Part shown: in pieces, positions 13,009 to 26,537 of the stretch
Numbering within the stretch: position 1 is the stretch's first letter
Layout: each line of letters opens with the position of its first letter
NCBI RefSeq assembly: GCF_009914755.1
Contig: NC_060942.1
Length of the DNA: 64,000 nt
Origin: the human T2T-CHM13v2.0 reference genome, Homo sapiens
Strand: one strand, 5' to 3'
Notes under the pieces: generated by a model
What the model was told of the DNA's origin: nothing
What the model saw: the letters and a program-made list of their open reading frames with translations, nothing else
Database searches by the model: none
Position numbers and translations under genes: made by a program

Positions 13009-13979
13009 GCCTGTAATGGAGTGTGGAAAGGAGAAACCAAAAATTCTCTAGAAAGAAATGGCATCAAAATTGAGGCTTAAAGGTCTATCTTTAAGCTATC
13101 TTTGTTGCTATCTTTTTCAAAAGGAAGAGATTGGTAGAAAAGAGAAAAACCTTTTTTTTATTTCTGTTGTCCTTCCACTAGTATTTATTATGGGAAATCT
13201 GTGTCTACTGCTTCTTCAGAATTCATTACACCTGGTGAGTCCCACGGGCCAAGGCCCCCATATAATTTCTATGTCTTTGCTTAATTAAGACACTGTGATA
13301 GACTGGGCAGACATTTCCTGGCAATTTATGATCAGCTGGAGGAGCTTAAGTCTTAAAGCAAAGCTGTGAAAATATGCAGTTATGTTTATATAAAAAGTAG
13401 TGAAATTATAACTTTTCATGTCTTAGTCAGCTAAAAGTTGAAAAGGCACATTGTTGTGGTTGACAAGCTGCATTTATACTTTTTGTTCTTTTCCTATTCA
13501 TTAAAAGCCATTCACAAATAAACAGGAAGAAAGAGACACACACTCTGAGTTTGACACTTGCTCTTTTTTATTAGGTATTTGGAATCCAGGTCAATGTGAA
13601 GAACTTCCCTAAGACTCATTGCTGGCTAACACTGGGATTAGTTACTCAAAGAGCTTTGTAGTGTGACCATCATTAAGACTTTTACAGATGTCTTTATTTA
13701 ATCACATAGGTTTAGCAGAGTTCAGCCAATAGACTGTGGAATGGACAGAATGAGCCCAATGCTTGTCTGACAAAATATGTTGAATTTGTCAGTTCTAAGT
13801 GTAACACTTGGATCTTCCACAGCTATCACCATGTAGTACAGTGTTATTCACCTATCCAAGTTCATAGAAGATTCCATTCCAGGCTCTGCACCAAGTATTT
13901 TCCATCTATAACAGGGATAAAGTTTTAGATATATTTTCTAAGTTTTCTTACGGTTGGGCTGATTTCTGTCCTTGCACCC

Positions 13980-14343
13980 TGCTAGGGTCTGACTGTTTCT
14001 GCCTTCTCAGAATTTGTATGTTGAAATTTTAACTCCTAAGGTGACGGTATCAGAGGGTGAAGACTTAGGGAGGTGATTAGGTCATGGGGGCAGATCCACA
14101 TGAATGGGATTAGTGCCCTTATGAGGCACTCAAGGAAAAGCCCTCGCCTCTTCCACCAATGTGAGGACACAGTGAGAAAGCACCATCTATGAACCAGAAA
14201 ACAGGCCTAAGCAGACATGGAATTTGCTGGTGCCTTCATCTTAGACTTCCCAGACTTGAGAACGGTGAGAAATACGTTTCTGTTTTTTATAAGCTACCCA
14301 GTCTATGGTAGTTTGTTGTAGTAGCCAGAATAAACCAAGATAC
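13980..14343 (+). mobile_element. MLT1A-type MaLR LTR
   Basis: gtatgttgaaattttaactcc, gaatgggattagtgccctt, gtgaggacacagtgagaa, ataagctacccagtctatggta. Confidence 0.85.
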
Positions 14344-15099
14344 AGCCAATTTCATCATTTGGGCTGAACTTTGAGAGTGAAATCTTAGAGGAATGAGGAG
14401 CAAATGATATAGGACAGTTGCATTCAGACAGGAAGGGAAAGTAACAGGAAAGCTTACCCCTTCCCATCCTGTCAGATAATGGAGGCAGAAAAAAAAAGTA
14501 GAACAAAAAGGTTCCTATTCCCACATAAGAATCATACATCAAATGCAAAAGTCTTTTAGGAACATAGAAGTATGGGGCAATACACAAATATCAGAGCAGT
14601 AGATTATTTTCCAAGGCAGAGTCTGCAGGCCCCTAGAACAACTTGTGCCTTCAGCTGGATGCCAGATCCATCATGGCTCCAGAGCAATTCTGTGGGAAGA
14701 CTGCAGAATGGGTTCAGGTGGTGAGTCCACTATGGAGCCTGGCTCTCCATTGTCTGCACTTGTTATGACAGGGATTTAAGATTTCCCAAATGCTCCAGAA
14801 GGGATGTGGAAGTGTTGAGAAAGGAGTGGGCAACTGTCAGAAGCTTGGGGTCAGAGTGGATAGGATAAAGTCGGGGTGGACTTGAATACACACAAATGCC
14901 TGAAACCTTGGACTCCAGGAAGCCAAAGCTTCACTCCAAAAGGATAGGCAGAGCTAGACAGAGCTCAGCAATCCTCAGACAAGGAGAGGTGGACCAGCCT
15001 GTCCACAGCTGGGCATAGAGGGCATCTAACGATTCCACATGATCTGAATTTTTTTCTCTCCACTATCACAAGGACACAGTAAACCCCTCATACAACTTG

Positions 15100-16810
15100 G
15101 TGTCATTCCAGGGAAGTTCAGGAGTAGGAGACAGAATATGAAAGTCTGAAAAGCATCTAAAACAGGCAGCCTGGGAAGGCTCAGGGTGCTGGGCCCCCGC
15201 CTGGGAGCTGAGAGTGGTCCTGCTCTGCACTTCCCAGACACCCCCAGTGGGGTGCACCACCATACCCAGCCTGCCCAGCCCTGCTGCAGGACATGGGCCA
15301 GTGAGGCCCCGCAGAGCACTGGGATGGGGGAAGCTCAGGCAGGGGGAGCCAAGCTGGGCCTCAGGGGCCTGGGGACGCACCACCCCCTTGCTTTCCACAA
15401 CTTGAAAACAAGGACTGATCAGTCACTGATTCACAGTCCAAAAACCAACCCCCAAATCCCAGGGCTTCCAGCAACAAAGAAGGACCTCTCTCACTTCCGG
15501 GTCAGCAAGAGCTTCAGGGCTGGGCCCACTCCACATCTCCTCCCTGCAGAAGGACCCTCTGCTCTCCGCCCCCAGAGCAATGCAGTGGGCTGCCTGGGTT
15601 TGGAGCAGCTGGGTAGGGCGAGGGCAATGGGTGGGGTAGGGGGGTGCAGCCCAGGGGTTGCAGACAACAGGCGAGGAGCAGACTGAGGGCCTTGCCAGGG
15701 CCATCTGTGTCCCTGGTCACTGATGGTGGCAGGGGAGACTGAAAGGGAAACAGACTCCCAGGTGGGGAGGGCCCCGAGCCAGCCCCCACGGCAGCCCCTG
15801 CAGGCCTCAGTGCTCCTGGATCCCACCAGGGCCGCAGCAGGAACCGAGGCTGAAGCAAATCAGGGCAGCTGGTGGCACAGCTTGGGCCACACCCAGGCAC
15901 AATTCCTTCCCAACACAGCCAGGAGGCTATCTTGGGGGCACCAGTGCCTGCACGGGGATGGACTTGGGGCCTCCACAACTGCAGTCCCCACAAACCCTGT
16001 GCACGGTCCACCCTGACTGCGTGGGGGCTGGGGCCCCCAGTGGAGGGATGTGGCTTGTTGTCCTGAGGAAAGCGGGGGCAGCTGTCCCAGGGTGGGCCCA
16101 GCCCTGTGAATCAGGGAGCAGCTCATGGGAACGGCCCTGGGGGTGCAGGGGAAGTTCACAGAGCCATTTATTGAACCCCACAACCGACCAGAAGGAAGGG
16201 CGTCCACCAGGCTCAGGCCATGGTCCTTGAGGGGCCGGTGCTCTCTACTTGGCCCACACATGTGTCCTGAGGAGTTGTGGCATGCCCACTGCCCTGGTCA
16301 GAGCTGGCCGCCATCTTCCAGCTGCATCTGCCGGGCCAGCGTCTGCCCGATGGCCACCAGGGTGCTGGCTCTGTAGGCCGGACTGGACAGCAGCTCCTGA
16401 AACCGGGTCCTTCCTTCCTCGAGAAGCTGCTGTCTCTGGGCTGCGCTCATCCGGCTGAGCTCTGAGGGCCAGGGCTTGTTGCTCTCCCTGCTGCAGGCTT
16501 GGCGCCGGCTGCCAGCCTCGAGCCCCAGCAGCTCGGGCAGGGCATCCCTGAGCGGGTGCAGGTGCCCCACCACCACCGTGGCCCTCCGCCTCCGCTCCTC
16601 CCTGTGCTTCTGCTCAGCCAGTTTTATGGCTTCGATTTTCTGCAAGCATTGCTCACGTCTCAGCTTCATTTTCTCCTTCTTGGGCAAAACGGTCTTGGCC
16701 TCTGCACCTCTCCTGATGGAAGTGACGCTCCTCACATCCAGCTCCAGCTTCTGCACCAAGGCGCTGGGGTCTATCTTGGTCCTGGCAAAGATGTTGGTGT
16801 TGATGAACGG
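15100..16810 (-). pseudogene. FAM207A-like (SLX9P): SLX9/FAM207A processed retrocopy (5'-truncated) with 3'UTR and a GC-rich 3' extension; low-coordinate boundary uncertain
   Basis: Intronless FINTNIFARTKIDPSALVQKLELDVRSVTS...QMQLEDGGQL* matches recalled SLX9; AATAAA (minus) at 16167-16172. Confidence 0.9.
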
Positions 16811-16909
16811 AGGTATAATTCTTATTAGCCCTGTTTTTATAGATGAAGACAATGAAAGAGCTATTGCAAACTTATAACTGAGAAAGAGATCTGACCTAAC
16901 CAACTCCAT
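16298..16909 (-). CDS. Open 203-aa chimeric ORF: LTR8/MIR-derived N-terminus fused to SLX9 C-terminal ~170 aa (expression unknown)
   Basis: True ATG at 16909-16907 inside LTR8; no stop until the native SLX9 stop. Confidence 0.3.
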   Translation of the reverse strand: MELVRSDLFLSYKFAIALSLSSSIKTGLIRIIPPFINTNIFARTKIDPSALVQKLELDVRSVTSIRRGAEAKTVLPKKEKMKLRREQCLQKIEAIKLAEQKHREERRRRATVVVGHLHPLRDALPELLGLEAGSRRQACSRESNKPWPSELSRMSAAQRQQLLEEGRTRFQELLSSPAYRASTLVAIGQTLARQMQLEDGGQL

Positions 16910-17655
16910 CTGCTTTTAACCTCCAAGCTGTCCTTGTTCATTCCTGGGTGTAGGGTGAACTAACTTTGGGAGGAACTTACTTTATAGTGTGAAACAAAGA
17001 TATTAACACCCCTTTCTCAAAACAAACCTCCTTCTTTCCTGGGGACTAGACTGCCTTTGTAAGACTAACAAATTAGCTACAAAATTAGAAATTGTGGTTT
17101 AGGAGTCATGCAGCTGGAGGCTACAAGATTCTAATCCTCCCTAAACTGCTCCTAAGATCAGTGCTTGAGGTATTTTGCAGACCCGGCACTTGATGGATCA
17201 GCTGGCGCCCAGTTTATTGAAACACTCAGATCGATAAACTGGCTCATCTGATCTTGTGGCCCCCACCCAGGAACGGACTCAGTGAAAGAGGACAACTTCA
17301 ATTCCCTATGATTTTATCTCTGACCTAACCAATCAGCACTCTGGACTCACTGGCCTTCCTCCATGCACCAAATTATCCTTAAAAACTCTGAAAGCTCTGG
17401 GAGATGGATTTGAGAAATAATGAATCTCCAGTCTCCTGTACAGCTGGCTCTGTGTGAATTCACTCTTTCTCTATTGCAATTCCCATCTTGATTAATTGGC
17501 TCTGTCTAGGCAGTGGCCAAGGTAAACCCACTGGACATTTACAACACTGAGGCACAGACAGGTTGAGTGACCAACCCAGAGTTTCACAGGACACAGTAGA
17601 GTCAGGATTTGAACACAGACATTCTGACTCCAGAGTCTATGCCCTTAACCACAAC
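16812..17655. mobile_element. MIR split by LTR8 (pieces about 16812-16852 and 17544-17655)
   Basis: ttattagccctgtttttatagatgaagac | actgaggcacagacaggttgagtga...ggatttgaacacagacattctgactccagag. Confidence 0.75.
16853..17543 (+). mobile_element. LTR8 solo LTR (ERV1)
   Basis: TG...CA ends; ctaaccaactccatctgcttttaacctccaagctgtccttgttcattcctggg..aactaactttgggaggaactta matches the recalled LTR8 consensus. Confidence 0.85.
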
Positions 17656-18089
17656 TGATACTAATTCACTTATGTTTTTTGTCCATGTTTTCATTTATTT
17701 TCTTTAATCTACAGTAAAACTTTGATTTTTACACTGGCTGAGGATGAAGTAAGAATGTTGCAAATAGAAAAATGTTAATTGAAAGACACAATTTATCTTA
17801 TTCTATCACCAAAAATGATCAGGCCTATTTTGACCATGAATCTCGCAAGCTGTGCTCTCTAAACTTTTGGATGAGAGGGTGTGGGCTCAGAGTCTGGGAA
17901 CGCTCTCTCCCTCACTCCCTCTACTAAGTAGGTTCCATGCTCTATTCAAGTTTGAGAGACTCTGCTTGGTTGGGGCCTGCATTTATGTTACGCCTATTCT
18001 TTATACTTGGCACATCACAGACCGTGAAAAAATAATCTGGTGGAAATGGCAACTTTGGATTTTTAATCTCAGTTGTTAAAATTTTTCCA

Positions 18090-18312
18090 AATGAGAACAC
18101 TTGGACACAGGGCAGGGAACATCACACCATAGGGCCTGTTGTGGGGTGGGGGGAGGGGGGAGGGAGAGCATTAGGAGAAATACCTAAGGTAAATGACAAG
18201 TTAATGGGTGCAGCAAACCAACATGGCACATGTATACCTATGTAACAAACCCGCATGTTGTGCACATGTACCATAGAACTTAAAGTATAATTAAAAAATT
18301 AAAAATTTAAAA
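18090..18312 (+). mobile_element. L1PA 3'UTR fragment (5'-truncated)
   Basis: aatgagaacacttggacacagg...G-rich tract...gaacttaaagtataat; approximate TSD aaaattt(tt)ccaaat. Confidence 0.92.
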
Positions 18313-18559
18313 AAATTTCCAAATATATTTATCTTTTGAATAATCTAAGGCCCTTATCCCCCTAAGGTTTACATGGCATAGTTCATACTGCTTTTACTTT
18401 TCAAAGCCGTTAATCTTTTGTAATAACATTTTGTATCCAGTTATGTTCCTTTGCTTAGTTTTCAACTTTGTTATTCTCCAAGCTGATTTTATTAATTAAC
18501 GCAGAGAGAGTCAGGAGCATCTGAATTAATTAGGTGATAGTGAACTAGGAGGAAATCAC

Positions 18560-18770
18560 AGGCCTCAGTGTGAGATAAATCTGGATTTAAATCCTGGCTC
18601 TAACTCAGTCCATGACCTTGAGGAGGTCAGGTGGGTTCACTGGGCTCAGTTTCCAAATCTCTAAAATGGAGATGACAAAATCCACCTCACAGAATTGTTG
18701 AAAGGACAATTACATGTTTGAGAACATGTTACTGTAGTGTCTATAACCTATCAAGTGTATAGCAAATGAT
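18560..18770. mobile_element. MIR
   Basis: ctggatttaaatcctggctc...tgaccttg...ctcagtttccaaatctctaaaatggagatga. Confidence 0.7.
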
Positions 18771-20196
18771 GATGATGATGATGCTAATTTAAAAAATATC
18801 TATTGAAGGTCCCAGAAGTTTTACTTTAACATGTTGATTTTTGTCCCATGGAAAGGCATATGATTTGGTGGAAAATATAACCCCAAATGTTATTATGCAT
18901 TGCTCTGTAAGATATTAACAAGTTTTATATATAACCCAAATATCTTAACATTTTAAAATTAAATGGTCTATAAATACCTAGCTCCTCAAATATTGTTTGA
19001 ACTGGTCTTAATATCTAATTGTTTCCCCACCTAATTAATGAGTTGAACAAAATCCTTGCCATATATTCATATTATATTTGCATCAGTGTCCTAATTATAT
19101 CGTTTGAAATTATACTTTAGCAATAAGAATAAAAGTCATAATCAAAATGTTAGCACTTAACATGAGAATGAGTCTATCAGTCAGAGTTTAGTCAAGAAAA
19201 ACTGGTTGCTCTAGATAATCCAAATTAAAAAGGTTTAATGCAGATGTCAAGAAGCCTATACAACCATTGGAAGACTAGGGGAAGCTGAGGTCAATGAAGC
19301 CACGGTGGACAACCTCAGCTCAGCTCCCAGCTGAACAGTTTCCTGTTCATTGTCCATTGTCCTTGAACTTCTAGATATTTCTCTTCAACCATCACAGTCT
19401 GCAGCGATGAAGGGAGTGGCTTTCTGGTGGAGCCTCTTAGAATCTCATGGCTGTCCACATTTCTGCCTTTAACCCCCTTTAGCCTGTCATTCGTTTCAGC
19501 CTTCCAAATCTTCAGCAAGGGAAGGGACTTCTTGGTAAACCAACCTGTAACCATATGGGAAGGGCATTCTGCAAATATAGCTCCCAACTTTTCTGAAAGA
19601 CAGAGGAACCCTTAGAAGGGAGAGTTGGTGATGCCAAATTGGCAATAAATAACCCAGGACTGCAGCTCAGCTCAGCACCTAACTCCATAGGGCACTCACT
19701 CACTTCAGGAAGGGTGCATTTACTCAGTAAGACAGATTAAAGGATCACTTGGTTCATATGGACTCAGACAAAAGTGGGCTAAGTGATCTTTAAACAGATT
19801 TGACCAAGCTGAGAAATACCAAAGACTTATGATTTTTCAATCAGAAAACACAGCATGGAATAGCAGAAAGAGTACCAGACTGGAAGCCAGAGAACCTGGA
19901 ATCCAGCTCAGCCTATACTGAACTTGCTAGCTGGGGAAGCCCTCAGGGCGGTCACTTCACCTCTCTGTAATTCAAGTTTTGTCTTCTATGAAACAAGGAA
20001 AATAGTATCTGTCATGCCTCAGAGAATCACCACAAGGTTAACATATGTGGAAATATTTTAAAGTGTACAAACACCATATCAACATTAAAGTCCCCATATG
20101 AACATGAAGACCTAAGGTTTTCTTGGTTTAGTCTGAAGAAGCTTCCAACACAAGGCTGGATTAGGAAAGATGAAAATGAAATAAAAGTTGGACCGG

Positions 20197-20485
<289 letters not shown>

Positions 20486-20724
20486 AGTTGGACTGGGAAC
20501 CTTACAGAGTTCACACATATTTGTAACATTCTTCAGATGTCATGTGCACAAATTGGAGTTATTAGTCCAATATTTATAAAGAAAAATCATATTTTGAATG
20601 TAGCCAAATAACTTCCTAATTAAAATGATATGATCCTTAGAAGGTTTTTGGGGAGGAGGTAATGGAGAGAGGATCAGAATTAGGAGGATCAAAGTAGAAT
20701 GCATATACTTGAAAGTAAATATAA

Positions 20725-21033
20725 GGCCAGGCGCGGTGGCTCACGCCTGTAATCCCAGCACTTTGGGAGGCCGAGGCAGGCGGATCACCTGAGGTCAGGC
20801 GTTCAAGACCAGCCTGACCAACATGGAGAAACCCCGTCTCTACTAAAAATACAAAATTAGCCGGTCATGGTGGCGCATCCCTGTAATCCCAGCTACTCAG
20901 GAGGCTGAGGCAGGAGAATTGCTTGAACCCGGGAGGTGGATTGCAGTGAGCTGAAATCGGGCCATTGCACTCCAGCCTGGGCAACAAAAGCGAAACTCCA
21001 TCTCAAAAAAAAAAAAAAAAGAAAAAAAAAGAA
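20725..21033 (+). mobile_element. AluSp-like
   Basis: cagcctgaccaacatggagaaacc diagnostic; approximate TSD aaag(t)aaatataa. Confidence 0.9.
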
Positions 21034-21259
21034 ATATAATATTTGGCCAAAGAAAAATAGAAGCTCTACCTAATCAGTCTGTAGAAATGCCTAGAAAATA
21101 AACCATCTTCTAAGTATATCAGCGATTTTAAAGATGATGAAGTATGAGGAAGGGGGGGAGTTGTCTATGAGAAAAAGTATATAATTTTACAACATTTTAT
21201 GTTTATTAAAAGGGAGCATGGGTTAAAACCACCATGAGAATTAGGTCATCAAACCATGA

Positions 21260-21632
21260 ACAATAGACTAATATTCCCCCAAAATTCCTACGTTGAAATT
21301 CTAATTCCCAATATGATGGCATTAGGAGATGGAGCCTTTCATAAGTGATTAGTGATTCATGAATTGGTGAATGAGATTAGTGCTCTTATCAAAGACATGC
21401 AAGAGATCCACTGCAAGAGAAATCAATTGCAGGAGAAGACACAGCGAGAAGACAGCCATTGTCTGTGAACCAGGAAATGGTCTCATCAGATACGGATTCT
21501 GATAGTGACTTAATCTCAGCTTTCCAAGCCTCTAGTAGTGTAAGAAATAAATTTATGTTGTTTATAACCTACCCAGTTTATGGCATTTTTGTAACAAAAA
21601 TTTCTGTAACAGCCTAAATGGACTAAGATACC
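21260..21632 (+). mobile_element. MLT1A-type MaLR LTR
   Basis: ccccaaaattcctacgttgaaattctaattcccaat ... aatggactaagatac. Confidence 0.8.
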
Positions 21633-21942
21633 ATCTCTAAGTAGAACAGTCATCCTAAAGTAGTTACAACACAGCAAAAACAAGGGGAAGACTTAATTGA
21701 AAAATTTCATTCATGAGATGTAATAAACCAGGTGAATTTAGTAATGGGAAATGATTCTGCGAGGGACTTTTAGCATTCTCACCCTCCAGAAGCATGTCAG
21801 AAAAATCTAGCACATTATTCCCTGGGTGGGACAGATTTGGGAGAATGCATGCTACCATATCAGCTTTCTGTCCCTCCCTGGGAGACTGATGCTTCCCAAT
21901 GCACAACTCAATTCAAAGCAGCAATATACTCTGAAATTTCAT

Positions 21943-21943
21943 C

Positions 21944-22007
<64 letters not shown>

Positions 22008-22165
22008 TTTCTCTTTCTTTCTTTCTCTTTCTTTCTTTCTTTTCTTTCTTTCTCTTCCTTCCTTCCTTCCTTTCTTCCTTTCTTCCTTTCTTTCCTTTCT
22101 CTTTCTCTTTTTTCTTTTTTTTTTTTCCTTCCTTCCTTCCTTCCTTCCTTCTCTTTTCTTCCTCC
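21943..22165. repeat. (TTTC)n/(TTCC)n polypyrimidine tract, an expanded Alu tail
   Basis: About 220 bp of essentially C/T only, adjacent to a minus-strand Alu. Confidence 0.95.
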
Positions 22166-22537
<372 letters not shown>

Positions 22538-22644
22538 TGAGAATAAAAATGATTAATTTTCTAAATAAAACATATTCTGTTATTTTACAACTTTTCTCAA
22601 AATGGAAGGGTTTAAATTGTGATTAAAAGTAGTAGGTAGAGTGT

Positions 22645-22731
22645 ACACTTATGTTCATAGCAGCATTACTTACAATAGTCAAGATTAGAAACTACTCAAG
22701 TGTTCATCTACAGATGAATGGAAACAAAATT

Positions 22732-22767
<36 letters not shown>

Positions 22768-23140
22768 TATTATTCAGCCTTAAAAGGGAATGAAACTCTG
22801 ACACAATACTACAACGTGGAGGCATCTTGCAGACATGCTAAGTAAAATAAGCAAGCCACAAAAAGACAAATACTATGAGTCCACTTACATGAAGTGTCTA
22901 AAGTAATAAAATGCATAGAAATGGAAAGTAGAATTATGGTTGCCAGGAGCTGAGGAGAGGGGAAAATGAGGAGTTGTTTAATGGGGATAGAGTTTCAGTT
23001 ATGACAGATGGAAAAGTTCTGGACACTGATTACGCAACAATGTAATTCACTTAACACTATTGAACTGCACACTTAAAAATGGTTAAGATGGTGAATTTTA
23101 TGTTATGTGTATTTTACCACTATTTTAAAAATTAGTTGAA
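22645..23140 (+). mobile_element. L1M (L1MA/MB-like) 3' end with internal (TA)n at about 22734-22764
   Basis: atgttcatagcagcattacttacaatagtc; cacaaaaagacaaatactatg; cacttaaaaatggttaagatggtgaattttatgttatgt. Confidence 0.88.
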
Positions 23141-24638
23141 AAATAGTAGGCCAAAATTTGTTTCTAACTATGGCTTCCCACCGCCATTTAGGGGGAGTTT
23201 TGTTGTGAAATTTTAGGCGATTTACTTTGTCAAATTTTACTGAGTCATGGGTTTGTTTTCCCATGGAAAAACTACTAAAATAAGGGCATGTGGAAATACA
23301 TAACACTTAAGTCACTTCCAGGAGAGGTATTGCAAAGGTGTGTCCATAAGACTTTTGACTTTGATGAGATAAAACCTAGGCTGCCTTTTCTTCCTTCTCA
23401 CTGCATCCCATCTCCTAGGGCCAGCCTGTTCCTCAAAAGAGTGAAAAACATAGGAAAATTACTGCCTTAACTATCCTGATCTTCATTTTTTTTCCTGTGT
23501 AAAATGAAGACATTAATAAACAATGCCTTTCTTGTTAGAAATGTAAAGGTCAAACATAAAGAAACGTGAAATCCTAAGTCCTGCATGCCTTCTACCACTG
23601 GTCTAGTCACGTGTGCCAGCTGAACATTCCCTGGGCTGCAAGTGATGTGACTGATGGTTTTATCCCTGGTTTTCCCAGGGAGAAATCTAGACACAGAAAT
23701 CCTGAAAATGCCTCTGCGGAAAGGTGGATCCAAAGTGGGTCTTCTAAGGGAAGCTGCAGAATGTTTCTCCCTCAGCCTATAGCTTGACAGAATGCTAAGA
23801 TATCAAGATGAAACTCTGAAAACCCGAGGATTTTTCATGGATTTCATTATTCTATTGAAGACCTACAAAAAAAAGTGGCTGATAAATATATTTTTAGAAA
23901 TTGCTTTAGTATGATTTTTATTAATTTAAATTAACATTTATTTAATTAACTACATAAAATCTGTGTATAAAAGAGGCAAAAGATTATTCTTGCTCTCAGC
24001 CAGACAGTTGCTGATAAGGTAGTTTCGACAGGAATCTCATAGAAGAAGAGGGCCCTGACTCAACAACCATCAATATGGTTGGAATGTGGTATTTGCTCTT
24101 CCTGGAAACAATGCTTCCCACTTATAGAGTTTATATTCAATGTGGTGTTAATACATAGACCTCATCCAACTATCTCTCTGTGAAATCTTAGTTCCTACTC
24201 AAGTCAATATCCTGTAATATGCTAAACAAAAGACCTCCTGTATTAGTTTCCTGAGGCCACTGTAACAAAGTACCACAAACTGGGTGGCTTAAACAACAAG
24301 GATGTATTCTCTCACTGTTGTGAAGGTCAGAAGTCCAAAATCAAGGTGTTAGCAGGGACACCCTTCCTTGGAAGGTTGCAATCCTTCCTTGCCTCTTTCA
24401 TCTTCTTCTGGGCCTTTGCATTTCTTGATCTGTGGCAGGATAACTCCAATCTCTGCCAGAGGTTACAAATGGCCTTATACCCTGTGTCTCTGTATTTTTC
24501 CCTCTTCTCATACAGACACCAGTCATTACACTAGATTTTTGTATGCACTGTAAATCCAGGGTGGTTTTATCCCAGAATCCTTTTTATATCCCAAATATAT
24601 CTACAAAGATTCTCTTTTCAAATAAGGTCACATTCTGA

Positions 24639-25320
<682 letters not shown>

Positions 25321-26223
25321 GATGCGTATAAATTTAGGGAAAAATTATTCAACCCACTATACCTCTTTCCCTTTCACTAATTCCTATTTGATTAATGGTG
25401 CCTGTGGTTTATTTAGGGACAACCATATCTATGGTCAATATGTGAGATTCTCAGAAAAGGAAATGTAGCCATCAGCAGCCAACAGAAAGCGGGAGGCAAT
25501 GGAAAACCTACCTCATTCCCCATGTTAGAGAAAAAAAATCAATACATGAAGACATGAAATAATGCTTTGTGGGTCTGTTTTCTTGTAGCTTCTGTATATG
25601 TCAATCTTTTATGCTCAGCTTTCTTCATATCTTATTTTTTAATTTTAGTATAAAAATAAATGTTTTATTGCCTTCAATTTACCATTATTATTTTTTACAT
25701 CAGTTGTTCTTCGTGTGTGTGTATGTGTTGGATTTACTTTTCTGGAGTGTGAATACATGTGGTATGTGTGTATGTGTGTGACCTAAATAAGTTTTTCTCC
25801 TGAAAAGAAAACAACATCAACATTTAAAGATGAGGTTAACAGAACTCACTTTATTAAATGCCTGCTATGTGTCCAGGCCTTGAGCTAAGGAATAAGAACA
25901 ATGATGAATAAAGGCCATCCCTGCTCTCAAGGTGTTTGTAGACTACAAAGGAGCCTGCAACCTTGCAGCAAAACAAAAAAGTAAAGAAACACAAACCACG
26001 GAACATGTTGCACTCAACAGAGGTTCATTCTCACCCATTGTGAAGATGCTGGGAGTAACTGGAACTTTGTTGAAGAAAACAGGGAGATCATTTCTGTTTT
26101 GTCTGTGTAGCACCGTGACTGCCTAGCACCATGGAGAAAGGGACCCCCTTTCAGAGCACAAACTCTGACCACAGAGGCCCTTGGTCTATCCTTTGTTTTA
26201 CTCTAAACTTTTCTCAAAATAAT

Positions 26224-26537
26224 CATGGATGAAGCTGGAAACCATCATTCTAAGAAAACTAACACAGGAACATAAAACCAAATATCGCATGTTCTCACTC
26301 ACAAGTGGGAACTGAACAATGAGATCACATGGACACAAGGAGGGGAACATCACACAATGGGGCCTATTATGGGGTGAGGGGCTAGGAGAGTGATGGCATT
26401 AGGAGAAATACCTAACATAGATGATGTGTTGATGGGTGCAGCAAACCACCATGGCATGTGTATACCTATGTAACAAACCTGCACATTCTGCACATGTATC
26501 CCAGAACTTAAAGTATAATAAATAAATAAATAAATAA
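26224..26537 (+). mobile_element. L1PA 3' end with (TAAA)n tail
   Basis: catggatgaagctggaaaccatcattct...gcatgttctcactcacaagtgggaactgaacaatgag. Confidence 0.92.

Noticed and set aside
11667-13075. atgccaattttga near 11670 and ggcatcaaaattga near 13060 as a CNN2P TSD or inverted end
   Set aside because: Not a direct repeat and only a partial inverted match; consistent with chance.
15026-16465. Many overlapping 60-166 aa ORFs
   Set aside because: Stop-poor GC-rich UTR-like sequence with no recognisable protein.
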